Positions 30,505 to 42,839 of a DNA stretch of 64,000 nt are shown piece after piece. The notes beneath the pieces were generated by a model. It saw only the letters and a program-made list of their open reading frames with translations, was not told the origin of the DNA and did no database searches. Location: the NCBI GenBank assembly GCA_963771175.1, contig CAVYSY010000030.1, positions 96,001 to 160,000 on the forward strand, in the 5' to 3' direction. The stretch is from an uncultured delta proteobacterium. Its GTDB lineage: Bacteria > Myxococcota > Myxococcia > Myxococcales > Myxococcaceae. Position 1 is the stretch's first letter, and each line of letters starts with the position of its first letter. The translations under genes were made by a program, and so were the position numbers.

Positions 30505-31005
30505 TCAACCCACCCGCAGGTCGAGCGCGTACCAGCGGTCGCAGCCGAAGTGGCCCGTGGCACCCATGGGACGCGGCAGCGGCTGGAAGCCCAGGCGGCG
30601 GTACAGCTTCTGCGCCTGACTCATCCCCGCCAGTGTCTCCAGGTAGCAGGTCCGGTAGCCCGCCTCTCGGGCGAACGCGAGGCACTGGCGCAGCAGGCGC
30701 TCACCCACGCCGCGTCCACGGGCTTCCGGCAGGAAGTACATCTTCCGCAGCTCGCAGATGCCCGGCTCGCCGCCGTCCAGCGGCGCGATGCCGCCTCCGC
30801 CCACCACCCGGCCCGTCCCATCCTCCACCACCCAGTAGGCGCGGCCCTCGCGTGAGTAGGCCGCGCTCATTCCGTCCACCTCCGGGTCGTGGATGGCGAA
30901 TCCCGGCCCGCTCGCTCCGAATTCCGGCATCACCGTCCGGATGACCGCCGCCATCGCCGCGTCGTCTCGCGGCTCGATGGGGCGCAGCTTCAGTTCAGTG
31001 CTCAT
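30505..31005 (-). CDS. GNAT family N-acetyltransferase
   Basis: CELRKMYFLPEARGRGVG, CYLET, AQKLYRRLGF. Confidence 0.9.
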   Translation of the reverse strand: MSTELKLRPIEPRDDAAMAAVIRTVMPEFGASGPGFAIHDPEVDGMSAAYSREGRAYWVVEDGTGRVVGGGGIAPLDGGEPGICELRKMYFLPEARGRGVGERLLRQCLAFAREAGYRTCYLETLAGMSQAQKLYRRLGFQPLPRPMGATGHFGCDRWYALDLRVG

Positions 31006-31216
31006 GGTGGGTGCAACGTTCCACGGCGTCCGCCCCGAGGCCAGCGCTCTCCGGGGGGGGCGGGAGGCTCGTACCCGGAGTGTGAGTCTCTCCCGCCTGT
31101 GTAGGGGAGGAGACAGGGCCCCATGGCCCGCCGCGTCAGTGTCGCGGGGAGGTGGATTTCGCGAGGGGGGCGCCCCTATACACCCGCCCGGGAAGTCCCT
31201 CCCGGAGACATCGCAC

Positions 31217-32281
31217 ATGGCCAACAAGGTCAAGGCAGTCCTCATCGGCGGTACCGGCTACGGCGGCGCCGAAATCCTCCGCCGGCTCCTCTTCAACCCG
31301 AACGTGGAGGTGGTCCGCGTCACGGCGGTGGACAACATCGGCAAGAAGGTGGGCGACGTCCACTTCAACCTCGCTGGGCTCACCGACCTCTCCTTCCAGG
31401 AGATGTCCCCCGCGCAGGCCGTGGCCGGCGCCGACGTGGCCTTCCTGGCCATGCCCCACAAGACCACCGCCAAGGTGGTGCTGGACATCATCAACTCGGG
31501 CGTGCGGATCGTCGACCTGTCCGGCGACTTCCGCCTGCGCGACGCGGCCTCCTACGCGAAGTACTACGGCGTGGACCACCCGGCGCCGCGGATGCTCACC
31601 GACGGCGCCTTCACCTACGGCATGCCCGAGCTCAACCGCGAGGCCATTCGCACGGCGCGCTACATCGCCAGCCCCGGCTGCTTCGCCACCACCATCGCGC
31701 TCGGCCTGATGCCGCTGGCCAAGGCGGGCCTGCTCACCGGCCCCATCCACACCGTGGCCGCCACCGGCTCCTCGGGCAGCGGCGCCAACCCGCAGATTAC
31801 GACTCACCACCCGCTGCGCGCGGCCAACCTGCGCACCTACAAGCCGCTCGAGCACCAGCACATCCCCGAAATCCTCCAGACGCTGCGCATCGCCGGTGGC
31901 AAGGAGGACATGTCGCTGGAGTTCGTGCCCGTGTCCGCCCCGCTGCCGCGCGGCATCTTCTCCACCTCGTTCGCCGAGGTGCCCGCCTCCGTCACGCAGG
32001 AGCAGCTCACCGCCGCGTGGAAGTCGGCCTACGGCAACGAGCCCTTCATCCGCATCGTCAGCGGCGGCCGTCAGCCCGAGGTGGTGGGCGTGTCCGGCAG
32101 CAACTACGTGGAGGTGGGCTTCACGCTCGGCCCCGTGACGGGCAACACCCGCCGCGTGGTGTGCTTCTCCGCGCTCGACAACCTGGTGAAGGGCGGCGCC
32201 GGCCAGGCCATCCAGAGCTTCAACATCATGATGGGCTGGGACGAGCGCCTCACCCTCGCCGAGCCGGGGCTGTGGCCGTGA
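31217..32281 (+). CDS. argC: N-acetyl-gamma-glutamyl-phosphate reductase
   Basis: GGTGYGG, DLSGDFRL, YGMPE, SPGCFAT, HQHIPEI, DNLVKGGAGQAIQ. Confidence 0.95.
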   Translation: MANKVKAVLIGGTGYGGAEILRRLLFNPNVEVVRVTAVDNIGKKVGDVHFNLAGLTDLSFQEMSPAQAVAGADVAFLAMPHKTTAKVVLDIINSGVRIVDLSGDFRLRDAASYAKYYGVDHPAPRMLTDGAFTYGMPELNREAIRTARYIASPGCFATTIALGLMPLAKAGLLTGPIHTVAATGSSGSGANPQITTHHPLRAANLRTYKPLEHQHIPEILQTLRIAGGKEDMSLEFVPVSAPLPRGIFSTSFAEVPASVTQEQLTAAWKSAYGNEPFIRIVSGGRQPEVVGVSGSNYVEVGFTLGPVTGNTRRVVCFSALDNLVKGGAGQAIQSFNIMMGWDERLTLAEPGLWP

Positions 32282-33126
32282 GCGGGCTCTCCGACTTCCG
32301 CGGGCGCTGGTTCGTCGTGAAGATTGGCGGCGAGCTGGCCATGAACCGTCCCAAGCTGGCCGCCAGCGTGGGCGCCGCCGTGCGCGCCTTCCTCGACGCG
32401 GGCATCCGCGTGGCCGTCGTCCACGGCGGCGGGCCCCAGGCCACCGAGATGCAGAAGCGGCTCGGCCTGCAGCCGAAGATGGTCGCCGGCCGGCGCTACA
32501 CCGACGAGGCCACCCTCGAGGTGATGAAGATGACGCTCGCGGGCCAGGTGTCGGTGGACGTGGCCTCGGCCTTCCGCCTCGCCGGCGTGCCGGCCCTGTG
32601 CACCACGGGCATGTCCGCCGGGCTCATCGACGCGACGCGACGGCCTCCCAAGGTGCTGAGCGGCGCGGGCCCGGACCCGGTGGACCTCGGGCTCGTGGGC
32701 GATGTCTCGGGCGTGAACACCGAGGCCTTCCAGCGCATCTCGGACGCGGGCTTCGTGCCCGTGCTCGGCTCGCTCTCGGGCGACGCGCAGGGCAACGTCT
32801 TCAACATCAACGCGGACACCGTGGCCACCCGCGTGGCCGCGAAGCTGGGGGCGGCCAAGCTGTTCCTGGTGTCCAACGTGCCCGGCGTGCTGGCCAACAA
32901 GGACGACCCGTCCACCCGCCTGCCCACGCTCACCCCCGCCGAGGCGCGCGAGAAGATTGCCTCCGGCGTCATCCAGGGCGGCATGATTCCCAAGGTGGAT
33001 GAGAGCCTGGAGATGCTCGAGGAGGGCATCGAGGCCATCCACATCGTCGGCATCTCGCCCGACGACGCCGTGCTGCGCGAGGCCGAGAAGGCCGGCAGTC
33101 AGGGCACCGCGTTCCTGCGCGGGTAG
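32278..33126 (+). CDS. argB: Acetylglutamate kinase
   Basis: VVKIGG, VVHGGGPQ, GRRYTD, NINAD, GGMIPKV. GTGA overlap with argC. Confidence 0.93.
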   Translation: MSGLSDFRGRWFVVKIGGELAMNRPKLAASVGAAVRAFLDAGIRVAVVHGGGPQATEMQKRLGLQPKMVAGRRYTDEATLEVMKMTLAGQVSVDVASAFRLAGVPALCTTGMSAGLIDATRRPPKVLSGAGPDPVDLGLVGDVSGVNTEAFQRISDAGFVPVLGSLSGDAQGNVFNINADTVATRVAAKLGAAKLFLVSNVPGVLANKDDPSTRLPTLTPAEAREKIASGVIQGGMIPKVDESLEMLEEGIEAIHIVGISPDDAVLREAEKAGSQGTAFLRG

Positions 33127-33343
33127 TGGCTCGCGTGCGCCCTCGCCCCGTTGCCTGGGGGCGTGGGCGCACCGACACGGAGGCGGGAGTCAGTGCTCCG
33201 GGGTCTGGTTCCCCGTGCTGGCGCTCATCTCACTTTTCGTGTCTGTACCCTGCTGGACACCCAGCAAGGGCGGCCTTTGTTGGCTCGGGCGGGCGGGCCC
33301 AAGATGATCGCACTCCCCTGAAGGGGAGAAGGGGGAACTCCCG

Positions 33344-34886
33344 ATGGCCGAGGCACGAGCGCTCTTCGTAGGTGCCTGCACGAGCACGAGCGCGCGAATC
33401 ACCGTGGTGGCGGATGCGAATGTCCAGGTGGCGCACCTGGCCTGGTCGGAACAGGCGCAGGGTGGAGAGCAACTCACCACCATCGTGCTCCGGGATGCGC
33501 CTCCCTACCGGATGGGCACCTTCGAGCTCTCGGGGCTGACACCGGGGGCGACCGTCCGGTACGCCGTGGATTGCGCGCCGCTCGGGCTCCCGGCATCCAT
33601 GCCCTCGGCGCTCCTGGCCGAGGCGTCACGTCGGCACTCCTTCCGCCTGCTGCCCGCGGACACCGGCCGGCCGCTGCGCGTCGTCCTGCTGAGCTGCAAT
33701 GCCATCGAGCACTCGGACGAACGCTCCCGCTTCGACATGTGGAAGCGGCTGGCGGGCGCAGATCGACGCGGGGCGCGTGGACCTCCTCATCCACTGTGGG
33801 GACCAGATCTACGCCGACGACATCTGGCAATGGCACGAGAAGCATCACTCGGTGCCCTCCCTGGACGCGCTCACCGCCGAGTACCGGGAGGAGTACGTGC
33901 GCCTGTGGGGCGACAACCCGGACATCCGTGGGGTCCTCGCGAGCTGTCCCTCCGTGATGATGTGGGACGACCACGACATCTATGACGGCTTCGGTTCGAA
34001 CGATGACGATGACCAGCCGTCAGCGCGGCACTACTTGCAGGCGGCGGCGCAAGCCTTCCGAGACTTCCAGGGCGTCAACAACCCGCCGCTGGACCTGGCC
34101 TACCTGAAGCACCGGGATGGGACGCAGGTGTCGGCGAACGACTCCTTCTTCTCCTGCTTCCGCTCGCATGGCATCGGGTTCATCCTGTTGGATGGCCGCT
34201 CGAACCGGAACTACCTCCGCTCGACCATCCTGGGGGCCAACCAGTTCAAGGTCCTGGAGACGGTGCTCGAGGCCTGGAGGGCGGACAAGGCATTGCGCTG
34301 GCTCTATGTCATCGTGGGCGTCCCCCTCGTCCATGTGGAGGTGGCCGCGGCGCTCGCCGTCTCGGAGGCGATGGGGGACCCCGCCGGAATCAAGGACGAC
34401 CTGCGCGACAACTGGGTGTCGCCCAACAGCCGCGAGGAGTGCCGGCGGCTGCTGACGAGCCTGTTTGACTTCATGGTGCAACGTCCCGACATGGAGGTCA
34501 CCGTGCTGGGCGGGGATGTGCACGTGGGGACGGTGGGTCGCATCTGGAGCTCCATCCACGTCCTGCCCAATGGTCGCACCCCGGAGTTCTACCAGGTGAC
34601 CTCCTCGGGGATTGCCCACCCCGCGCCCGACGGGCTCAAGGCGATCGCCATCCGGAACGCGGCGAAGCCGGTGCGTCACAGCCTCGCGGGAGGGCAGCAG
34701 ATCCAGGGCGCGCTGATGCCCATCCCCGGCAACCCGGGGACGCGCATCCTCTGGAAGCGCAACTTCGCCCTGCTGAAGCTGGGGTCCGGGGAGGGCACGC
34801 GGTGGGACCCGAAGCGGATGCTGCGCGTCGAGTTCCACGCCGAGGGGTTCTCCCACCCGCTGGAGATGGAGCTGGTGAACCTCTGA
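33344..34886 (+). CDS. PhoD-like alkaline phosphatase family protein (one +1 frameshift near 33751)
   Basis: LSCN, GDQIYAD, WDDHDI, LDGRS, GGDVH. Frames join at MWKRL/RAQID. Confidence 0.8.
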
Positions 34887-35048
34887 GAGGGCGAGCGTCC
34901 AGGGCCTCGCTCGGCTCGGACCGCGATAGGCATGGGGCTTCCCGAGAGTCACCGTGGAGGCTTGTCCATCGGCTCCGGATTACACAGGGGAGGTGGCGGC
35001 GACCCGCGCCTATGCTAGTGAACGCACCCTCACCGGGAGGACAGTTCC

Positions 35049-35771
35049 GTGGGACGCATTTTCGAGACCCGTAAGACGACGATGATGGCCCGCTGGAACA
35101 AGATGGCCAAGCTGTTCACGCGGATCAGCAAGGACATCGCCATCGCCGTCAAGGCGGGGGGCCCCAACCCAGACACCAACCCCACGCTCCGCCGCGTGCT
35201 CCAGAACGCGCGCGCGGGCAACATGCCGAAGGACAAGGTCGAGGCCGCCATCAAGCGCGCCAGCGGCCAGGAGCAGCAGGACTACGAGGTCGTCCTCTAC
35301 GAGGGGTACGGGCCGCACGGCATCGCGCTGCTCGTGGAGACCGCGACCGACAACGTGGTCCGCACCGTCGCCAACGTCCGGATGCACTTCAAGGACTACG
35401 GCGGCAACCTCGGGACGACCGGCAGCGTCGGTTTCCTCTTCCAGCGCATGGGTGTCTTCCGGCTCGCGCCCGAGGGGTTGGAGCTCGAAGCGCTCGAGCT
35501 GGAGCTCATCGACCACGGGCTGCAGGAGATGGGCGAGTCCACCAACGAGAAGGGCGAGAAGCAGATCGTCATCCGTTGCGCCTTCAACGACTTCGGGCAG
35601 CTTCAGGCCGCCATCGAGGCCCGCGGCCTCACGCCCCTGTCCGCCGAGTCCGAGTACATCGCGCAGACCCCCGTCGAGCTGCCGGAGGACAAGGCCAACG
35701 AGGTCCTCGAGCTGGTGGATGCGCTCGAGCAGGACGAGGACGTGCAGCGGGTGTTCCACAATCTGGCGTGA
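35049..35771 (+). CDS. YebC/PmpR family protein
   Basis: [49 protein letters not shown]. Confidence 0.95.
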   Translation: MGRIFETRKTTMMARWNKMAKLFTRISKDIAIAVKAGGPNPDTNPTLRRVLQNARAGNMPKDKVEAAIKRASGQEQQDYEVVLYEGYGPHGIALLVETATDNVVRTVANVRMHFKDYGGNLGTTGSVGFLFQRMGVFRLAPEGLELEALELELIDHGLQEMGESTNEKGEKQIVIRCAFNDFGQLQAAIEARGLTPLSAESEYIAQTPVELPEDKANEVLELVDALEQDEDVQRVFHNLA

Positions 35772-35937
35772 GGTTCCTCCGCCCGTGGGTCCCCTCCTGC
35801 GCCCGTGCCTCGATGTGCAGTAGTCTGCACGCGGGGCGCGGGCGTGGTGCGTTGGGCCGGTGGCACCCCAAGAGCCAAGTTCTTCATTTGCCTGGGTTTC
35901 GTGCCCGGCACGGTCGTTGTAGGGGATGTGACCCACC

Positions 35938-38900
35938 ATGTATTGCCCGTCCTGCCGGCAGGAGCGCCTCGGAGGCCAGCGGTGTGCCGCGTGCGGCGAG
36001 CCGATGACCGCTCGCCCTCGTGCGGCCATCGAGCAAGAGCTTCGCCCACGTCCACTTCCTCCTCGATGAGCTGAAGCACTGGGATATCTCCTATGTGCCC
36101 AAGGGGGCTCGCAGCTACCTCGTGCAACGGTACGAGCGGCAAGCGCGGATCCTCCTCTCCTCCCTCGCCGAGCTGTCGGCGGTGGGCGAGCCTTCGGTGG
36201 CCGAGGCCGCGAACGTCGTGCCGGCGGAGGCGGCGGTGCCGCCCGCCGTCGTCTTCGAGGTCGCGGGGGAGGCCCAGCCGTCGCAGACCGTCGAGGCTCT
36301 CGCACCCGAGGGTTCGGGTGAGGTTCCAGGGGCCAAGGAGGCGGTTGAGCCCGAGGCCAAGGAGTCGGTTCATCCGGAGACCACGGAATCCGTTCAGGCC
36401 GAGCCCCAGGATTCTGGAGTGCGGGACGAAGAGGAGGCTCCGCTTCCGCTTCCTCCCGTCACCACCGAGCCGATCTTCGATGCGCCTCCCGTGCGCACCG
36501 CCACCGCGCGCTTCGTCGAGGAGGTCTCCACCTGGGACACCGTCTGGCGCCCCTTCCTCTACGAGAGCATCGGCTGGTTCATCGGTGCCTTCCTCATCGT
36601 CGCCGGCTCGCTCTACCTCGCCTTCGATAGCTGGGCCGGGCTCACCTCCGTCACGCGCTCGCTCGTCGTCTTCGGGATGACCGCGGGCTACTCCGCCGCC
36701 TTCTCCATCTGTGGCTCCCTGCTCGCCCGCCGCGAGGCCCTCGCCGGTGCTGGTCGCATCCTCGGGCTCATCGGCGCCGCCGTGGCCCCGCTCGCGGGTG
36801 TCGCGCTCGGGCCGCTCGACAGCCTCAGCCTCGATGGCGTGCCGCTCGCGCTCCTCCTCCCGCTGCTCCTGGGCTGGGCCGTGGGCGCCGCCGTGCTCGT
36901 CCGCAAGCCCGCCGAATCCTTCGACGGCCCCTCCCGGCCCTACGTCCAGCTCGCCCTGCTCGGCACCACGTTGATGATGGGGCTGGCGTCGCTCTTCGCC
37001 CGGCTCGGCGCGCCCGCGTTCTGGCTCGATGCGCTGCCGTGCGCCCTCTTCTTCGTCCTCTCGCGCAAGCCCGTCTCCGAGCCTCGGAGCAACAAGGCGC
37101 TGGCCTTCGCCCTGGCCGCGTCCCTCTACCTGTTGCTGCTCTACCTGGTGCGGCTGCACCTGGCCCTCTCCGTCGCCGGGGTGCCCCCCGCGTTCGGCAG
37201 CTACGCCCCGTTCCTCGCCTTCCTGCTCGCCACCTGTCTCGGCTTCCGCCAACTCGAGCCCGAGGCGGCCGCGGATCCGCTCTCGGTGGGCGTCGCCGCG
37301 CTCCAGGTGGGCTGCCTCGTGCTCGCGGGCACGGGCGCGCCCCCGGCCCTCTTCCTCACGGCGGCCACCTTCACCTGGACCACGTTCGGGCTCTCCCGCG
37401 GCGAGCTGCCCCGGGTTCGCTGGCTGTACCCCGCCTATGCCGGCGCGTACTTCGCCTATGCCTCCGTCAGCCAGCTCGTCCCCGGGGCCGTGCGCTCCCT
37501 GCTCGACGCGCTCAAGGCCGCGCTCGGCTACCCCGTGTCCGACAAGCTCCCGTTCCACTACGGGGCGCTCTCGGCCGTGCCCTTCGTCATCGCTGGAGTG
37601 GTGCTCGCCGGGTGGTTGCGCTCCCGCGCCGAGCGGACTCCCTCGGCGCGGGACGTGGCGTCCGCCGAGGTGCTCCTGCGCTCCACCGCCGTCGCCAGCC
37701 CGTTCTTCGTCCTGCTCGGGCACATGGGCGCCGACCAGCGCCCGGCCTTCTGGACCGCGCTCGCCCTCATGGTCGTGTGCGTGAGCAGCGGGCTGCTCTT
37801 CGAGCGGCTCTACCTGTCCATCGTCGGCGCCGTCCTCTCCTTCTTCCTCACGCTCTCCTCCGTCATCCTCTTCGGGCCCGCGAGTGCCTCCCTGGTGTGC
37901 GGTGGGGTGGCGCTGGGCTTCGCCGCGTTGTCGCTCGTCTGCACCCGCAGCACGCGCATCACCTTCAGCATCGCGGTGGGGTGGCTCGCCTTCGTCGGCT
38001 TCGCGTACGGCCTCGGCGCGGGGCCGCGTGCGTCGGCCCTGGTGGGCCTCATGCTCTGCGGCGCCGCCGCGCTCCTCGTGGCGTGGAACCTCGCCAATCC
38101 CTACCTGCTCGCCACCGCGGCCTTCGCCGCCGCCGCCGTGGTGCCCAAGCTCGCCAGCCTCGTCGAACCGTCGCTGGTGCCCCTGGCGCTCGCCCTCACG
38201 GCATTGGGGCTCGCCGCCCTCGGTGAGCTCGGTGGCCGGGCGCGAGTGCTCGGCTGGCCGGGCATCGCGTATGCCCTCCTGGCGTTCCTCTGGGGCCTGT
38301 CCATCCAGCTCCCCTGGTTCGGCGTCATCGTGCTCCTGGGCGCGGCGGCCGTGGCCGTGGCCTCGCGCACCACGCCCCAGGTGCGCCCGCTCGCGGTCAT
38401 CCTCGCTGGTTTCGCGCTCCTGCCTCGTGTGGGGGCCTTCTCCGTCTGGCCGTGGATGACGCCGGCCCTGTCCGTGGCCTGCTTCGTCCTCTGGGCCCTG
38501 GGCGCCTCGGTGACGGCCGCGCGCTGGGGCCGCAGCGCGAGCACCTTCACCGCGGGCCTCATCGCGCTCCTCTATCCCCTGGTGGCCGTCGGCGCGGCGC
38601 ATGGGGAGCAGCCGTACCCGCTGCTGCTCGGCGCGGCGCTCGCGGCCCTCCTCACCGCGCGCGCGCTGCACCCGTCCGTCAGCATCGTCGCCGCCACCCT
38701 GCTGGCCAGCGTGGACATCCTCCAGCAGGGCCCCCTGGAGCAGCTCGCCCTGGCCACGCTCCTGAGTGTCCTCGCCCTCCTCGAGCTGTCCCGCACGGCC
38801 TTCCGGCTCCTCGCCGGGGAGCGTCGCTTCGCGCTCGTGGCGAGCCTCTGTGCCCTCTGCCTCCTGGGCTTCGCGTGCCTGAAGGCCCGTGGGCCGGAGT

Positions 38901-41374
38901 CCCAGGTGGTGCTCGCCGGGGCGGTGCTGCTGCCCCTGCTGTGGACGCGCGCCAACCGCTTCCCGTTCTTCGCGGCCCTCGCGCCGCTGTTCGTGCTCTG
39001 CGTCGTCCTCGTCTCGCGAGAGCCCATGCCCTGGGCGAGCCTGTTGCCGCTGCTCGCGCTCGGGGTGGTGCGTGCCGTGGAGCACCTGCCGGCCGCGCGC
39101 TTCCTCCTGCTGGGGAAGAGCGACGAGGCGTCGGCGCGCGAGCTCTCCATGTGGATGCAGGGCTCGCTGATGATGGCGGGCGTGGTGCTGGTGCCCGAGA
39201 CCCACGCCGAGCCGGGGGTGATGGGGAGCCTCGCGGCCTCCCTCGTGCTGCTGCCCGGGCCGAAGCCCTCGGTGCGCGTGGGGCTCGGGGTGGGCCTGCT
39301 GCTCTTCTGCTTCCCGCTCCACCCGGCGGGAATGGTGGTGTTGCTGGCGCTCGGCCTCCTCACGCACCACCGGCCCGGGGCGTTGTGGGCCTTCTTCCGC
39401 ACGCCCGCGGACACGGCGCTGCGGCCCACCACGGTGGTGGGGGCGCTCGCGCTCAGCGGGTGCTCCATCCTCCTGCAAGCGCCCACGCCCGGGGCCATCT
39501 CCCTGCTGGCCGGCGTGCTGCTGGTGGGGGCCTTCCTCCTCTCACGGCGCGAGCTGCTCACCGCCGCGGTGCTCGTCTTCGCCAGTGCCTCGCTGGGCAA
39601 GACGGCCGAGCACGGCTTCCTCGAGTGGCGGCTGGAGTCGGCGCTGACCTTCGCCGGGGTGGCGCTCGGTGCGGCGCTGCTGTCGGCGCTGTGCCAGCAT
39701 GGCGGCATCCAGCGCGCCCTCATCCGGCTGACGGCGCGCCTGTCGCCGGGCATCTCCGAGACATGGAGCGAGCCGCTCTGGGCGGCCGGTGCCATCGCCA
39801 CGGGGGTGCCCGTGGTGGTTCACCTGATGGACCGGGGTCCGGGCGCGTTGCCCCTGTCGGTGGCGCTCCTCGCGGGACTGGCCTCGCTGGTGCTGATGGT
39901 GACGCGTGAGCGGTGGATGGCCAATGTGGCCACCGCGCTGCTGGGCGCGGCGCTCGTCGCGGCGGTGCCTCCGCTGTGGACGCCCGCGGTGCTGAGCGGC
40001 ACGGGGCTGGTGCTGTGCCTGGTGGGCACGTGGCTGGACGAGCGCGACGTCGACGTGGGCGCGGCGCTGCACCACGCGGGCTGGATGCTGTCACTCCTCT
40101 CCGTCTTCGGGCTGAGGGACTTGAAGCACCCGGGCACGGGGGCTTGCCTTCTCTTCGGAATGACTTCCGCCTGGGCGGTGGTGTACCGGCGTCCCGAGCG
40201 CGCGGTGGTGGGCTGGGTGGCCACGCTGGTGGGGATGCACGGGCTGCTCGCGCACGTGGCGTCTCTGTTCTCCACGGGCAGGGGGGTGGAGTTCATCCTC
40301 CCGCTCTTCGGGGCCCTCAGCGCGCTGCTGGCCACGGCGGCCCTGTTCCTCGCCAGCGAGCGGGTGCGCCGGGGCGTGGGGCACTCCTTCGCGGTGGTGG
40401 CCCTGGTGGAGGTGTTCCTCGGGCTGGTGCTGGTGCCCGGAGCGGCCGGCGTGGTGGTCTCGGCGCTCGTCGACTGCGTGTGTCTGGCGGTGCTCTTCTT
40501 CGCCCTGGTGCGCCGCGCCGTGCGCGAGCGGGACGAGGGCTCCGCCTTCCTCGCGCAGTGGACGCTGGTGCTCGGCTACCTGACGGTGCGGCTGCATGCG
40601 CTGGCCTCGGGGCTGGGCACGACGGACAGTCTCGCGGCCCTGGTGGGCGGCGCGCTCTTCTCCGGCCTCTACGTCTTCGCGCACCGCGAGGGCTCGGGGC
40701 TGCCCGCCTTCCGCCGGCCCGCGCTGTGGGGTGCCTTCCTCTTCCCCCTGGCGGGTCTGCTCACCGCGCCGTGGCACAATCCGCTCCACGTGGCGGCCCT
40801 GCTGGTGGGCTACGCCGCCCACTTCGCCGCGCTGGCCGCGCACCCCTCGCAGCGCGGCATGGCCTCCCTGGTCTCGGCGGGCGCCTTCAACACGGCGCTC
40901 TTCTTCGTGTGGGCGGGCACCGGCGCCGGGGAGCCGCAGTACTACGTCATCCCCGTGGGCCTCTCGCTGCTCGTGCTGCTGCGCGTCTTCCACGAGGCGC
41001 TCTCTCCGGACGCACGGGCGAAGCTGCGCGCGCTGGCCATCACCATCGTCTACGTGGCCGGGGCCTGGAAGCCGCTCATGTTCCAGGACGGCGGGGCCAT
41101 GCTGCTGTGCGTCTTCCTGTGCGTGGTGGGCGTGGCGGCCGGCGTGGCGCTGCGCATCCGCTCCTACGTGTACCTGGGCAGCGCCTTCCTGGTGACGTGT
41201 GTCATCGCCAACCTGGCGCGCTTCGGCATCCGGGACCATCGCATGGGCGCCGCCTTCCTCTCGCTGCTCGGCGTGGGCGTGGTGGGCTTCATGGTGCTCT
41301 TCACCGCCAAGCGCGCGGAGTTGCAGGAGCGCTACGCGCGGGTGCGCGCGATGATGTCCACCTGGGAGGGGTGA
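35938..41374 (+). CDS. Very large polytopic membrane protein with N-terminal zinc ribbon (frameshift near 36041)
   Basis: MYCPSC...CAAC from ATG 35938 joins the 1784-aa ORF at EQEL/AHVHF. Dozens of hydrophobic segments follow. Confidence 0.75.
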
Positions 41375-41375
41375 G

Positions 41376-42644
41376 TCACGGCCGGGGCGCCTCGCCGTCG
41401 GGGGCCTCCAGCAGGGGAATCGTCACGGTGAAGCGGGCGCCCTGTCCGGGCTCGCTCGCCACCGAGACGGTTCCGCCGTGCCCCGCGACAATCTCCCGGA
41501 GGATGTAGAGCCCGAGCCCGAAGCCGCCGTAGTGGCGCATCGAGGCGGCGCGCTCGAAGGGCCCGAAGATGCGCTGCTGGTCCTCCGGCGAGATGCCGAT
41601 GCCCTCATCCCCCACGCTCAGGAGCGCGCGGCCCTGCTCGGCCCGGCAGCGGAGGTGGATGGGGCGGCCCGCCCCGTACTTCATCGCGTTGGACAGCAGA
41701 TTCTCCAGCACCTGCTCCAGCCGCAGCTTATCCCCCAGCACCGGGAGGGGTCCCTCCACCTCCGCGTCGAGGGAGCACCCCGCCTGGGCGAGCACCTCGC
41801 GCGAGCGCTCCAACACCTCGCGCACCAGCTCCGTCAGGTCGCATGGCGCCAGCTCGAGCTGCAGCTCGCCCCGCGTCAGCCGCGACAGGTCCAGCATGCT
41901 CTCCACCAGCCGGGAGAGGCGCACCACCTGCCGCTCGGCCACCATCAGCCGGGCCAGCACCTCCCCGGTGGAGGGGTGCCCGCCGTGCACCATCCGGATG
42001 GCATGCTGCACCCCCAGCCGCAGCGGCGTGAGGGGCGTGCGCAGCTCGTGCGCGGCGATGGCCAGGAACTCGTCCCGGGCGCGCACCGCCTCCTGCGACT
42101 CGCGCAACAGCCGCGCCCGCTCCGCCTCGGCCTTCCGGCGCTCGGTGATGTCCACGAAGGTGACCACCGCCCCCATCCGCTCGGAGCCCCGCCACACCGG
42201 GTAGGACCAGAGCTCCACCGGGAAGCCCGTGCCGTCCGCGCGCCACAGCCACTCGTTGTCGCTGTGGAAGCCGTCCCGCCTGGTGGCTTCGTAGACGGCG
42301 CACTCCGACCGGGGGTAGGGCGTCCCGTCCGGGTGGCTGTAGTGGATGGTCTCGTGCATGGGGCGCCCGAGGAGCGCCGAGGCCTCCGGGTAGCCCAGCA
42401 GCCGCGCGCAGGTGCGGTTGGCGAAGGTGCACCGCCCCTCCCGGTCGAGGCCGTAGATGGCCTCGCCGGTGGAGTCGAGCAGCAGCCGGAAGCGCTCCTC
42501 GCTCTGACGGAGCTGCTCCTCGGCGCGCAGGAGGGGGGGCCCCGACTCCCTCGTCCGTCCCCGGGTCGGGCCACGCCGGGCGAGCCAGACTCCCGCGGCG
42601 CCACCGAGCGCACCCGCCAACAGGCCGATGACGAGGGAATTCAC
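41376..42644 (-). CDS. PAS-domain sensor histidine kinase
   Basis: PAS GEAIYGLDREGRCTFAN, H-box AAHELRTPL, NLLSNAMKY, DEGIGI, GFGLGL. Start is uncertain. Confidence 0.9.
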   Translation of the reverse strand: MNSLVIGLLAGALGGAAGVWLARRGPTRGRTRESGPPLLRAEEQLRQSEERFRLLLDSTGEAIYGLDREGRCTFANRTCARLLGYPEASALLGRPMHETIHYSHPDGTPYPRSECAVYEATRRDGFHSDNEWLWRADGTGFPVELWSYPVWRGSERMGAVVTFVDITERRKAEAERARLLRESQEAVRARDEFLAIAAHELRTPLTPLRLGVQHAIRMVHGGHPSTGEVLARLMVAERQVVRLSRLVESMLDLSRLTRGELQLELAPCDLTELVREVLERSREVLAQAGCSLDAEVEGPLPVLGDKLRLEQVLENLLSNAMKYGAGRPIHLRCRAEQGRALLSVGDEGIGISPEDQQRIFGPFERAASMRHYGGFGLGLYILREIVAGHGGTVSVASEPGQGARFTVTIPLLEAPDGEAPRP

Positions 42645-42839
42645 GCTCCCCACGCTAGTGCCCTCCCTCGCTCCCATGAAGAGAAACCTCCCGGCTGCTG
42701 GCAATCGTCCAGTAGTCTTGGACGGTGCGGGAGCTTGGGCGTCCAACGGAGAACACCCCCGGTGACGCCTCCCTGGCGCTTCGCGTCATCCCGGTATGTT
42801 CGCGAGCGCTGGGCGTTGTGCCAGTACGAAGGGAGAACC

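Noticed and set aside
35603..39478. 1291-aa minus-strand ORF, and similar long antisense ORFs at 13138-16095, 18134-20113 and 56153-60445
   Set aside because: These are shadow ORFs opposite real genes, expected in high-GC DNA, with no recognisable motifs.
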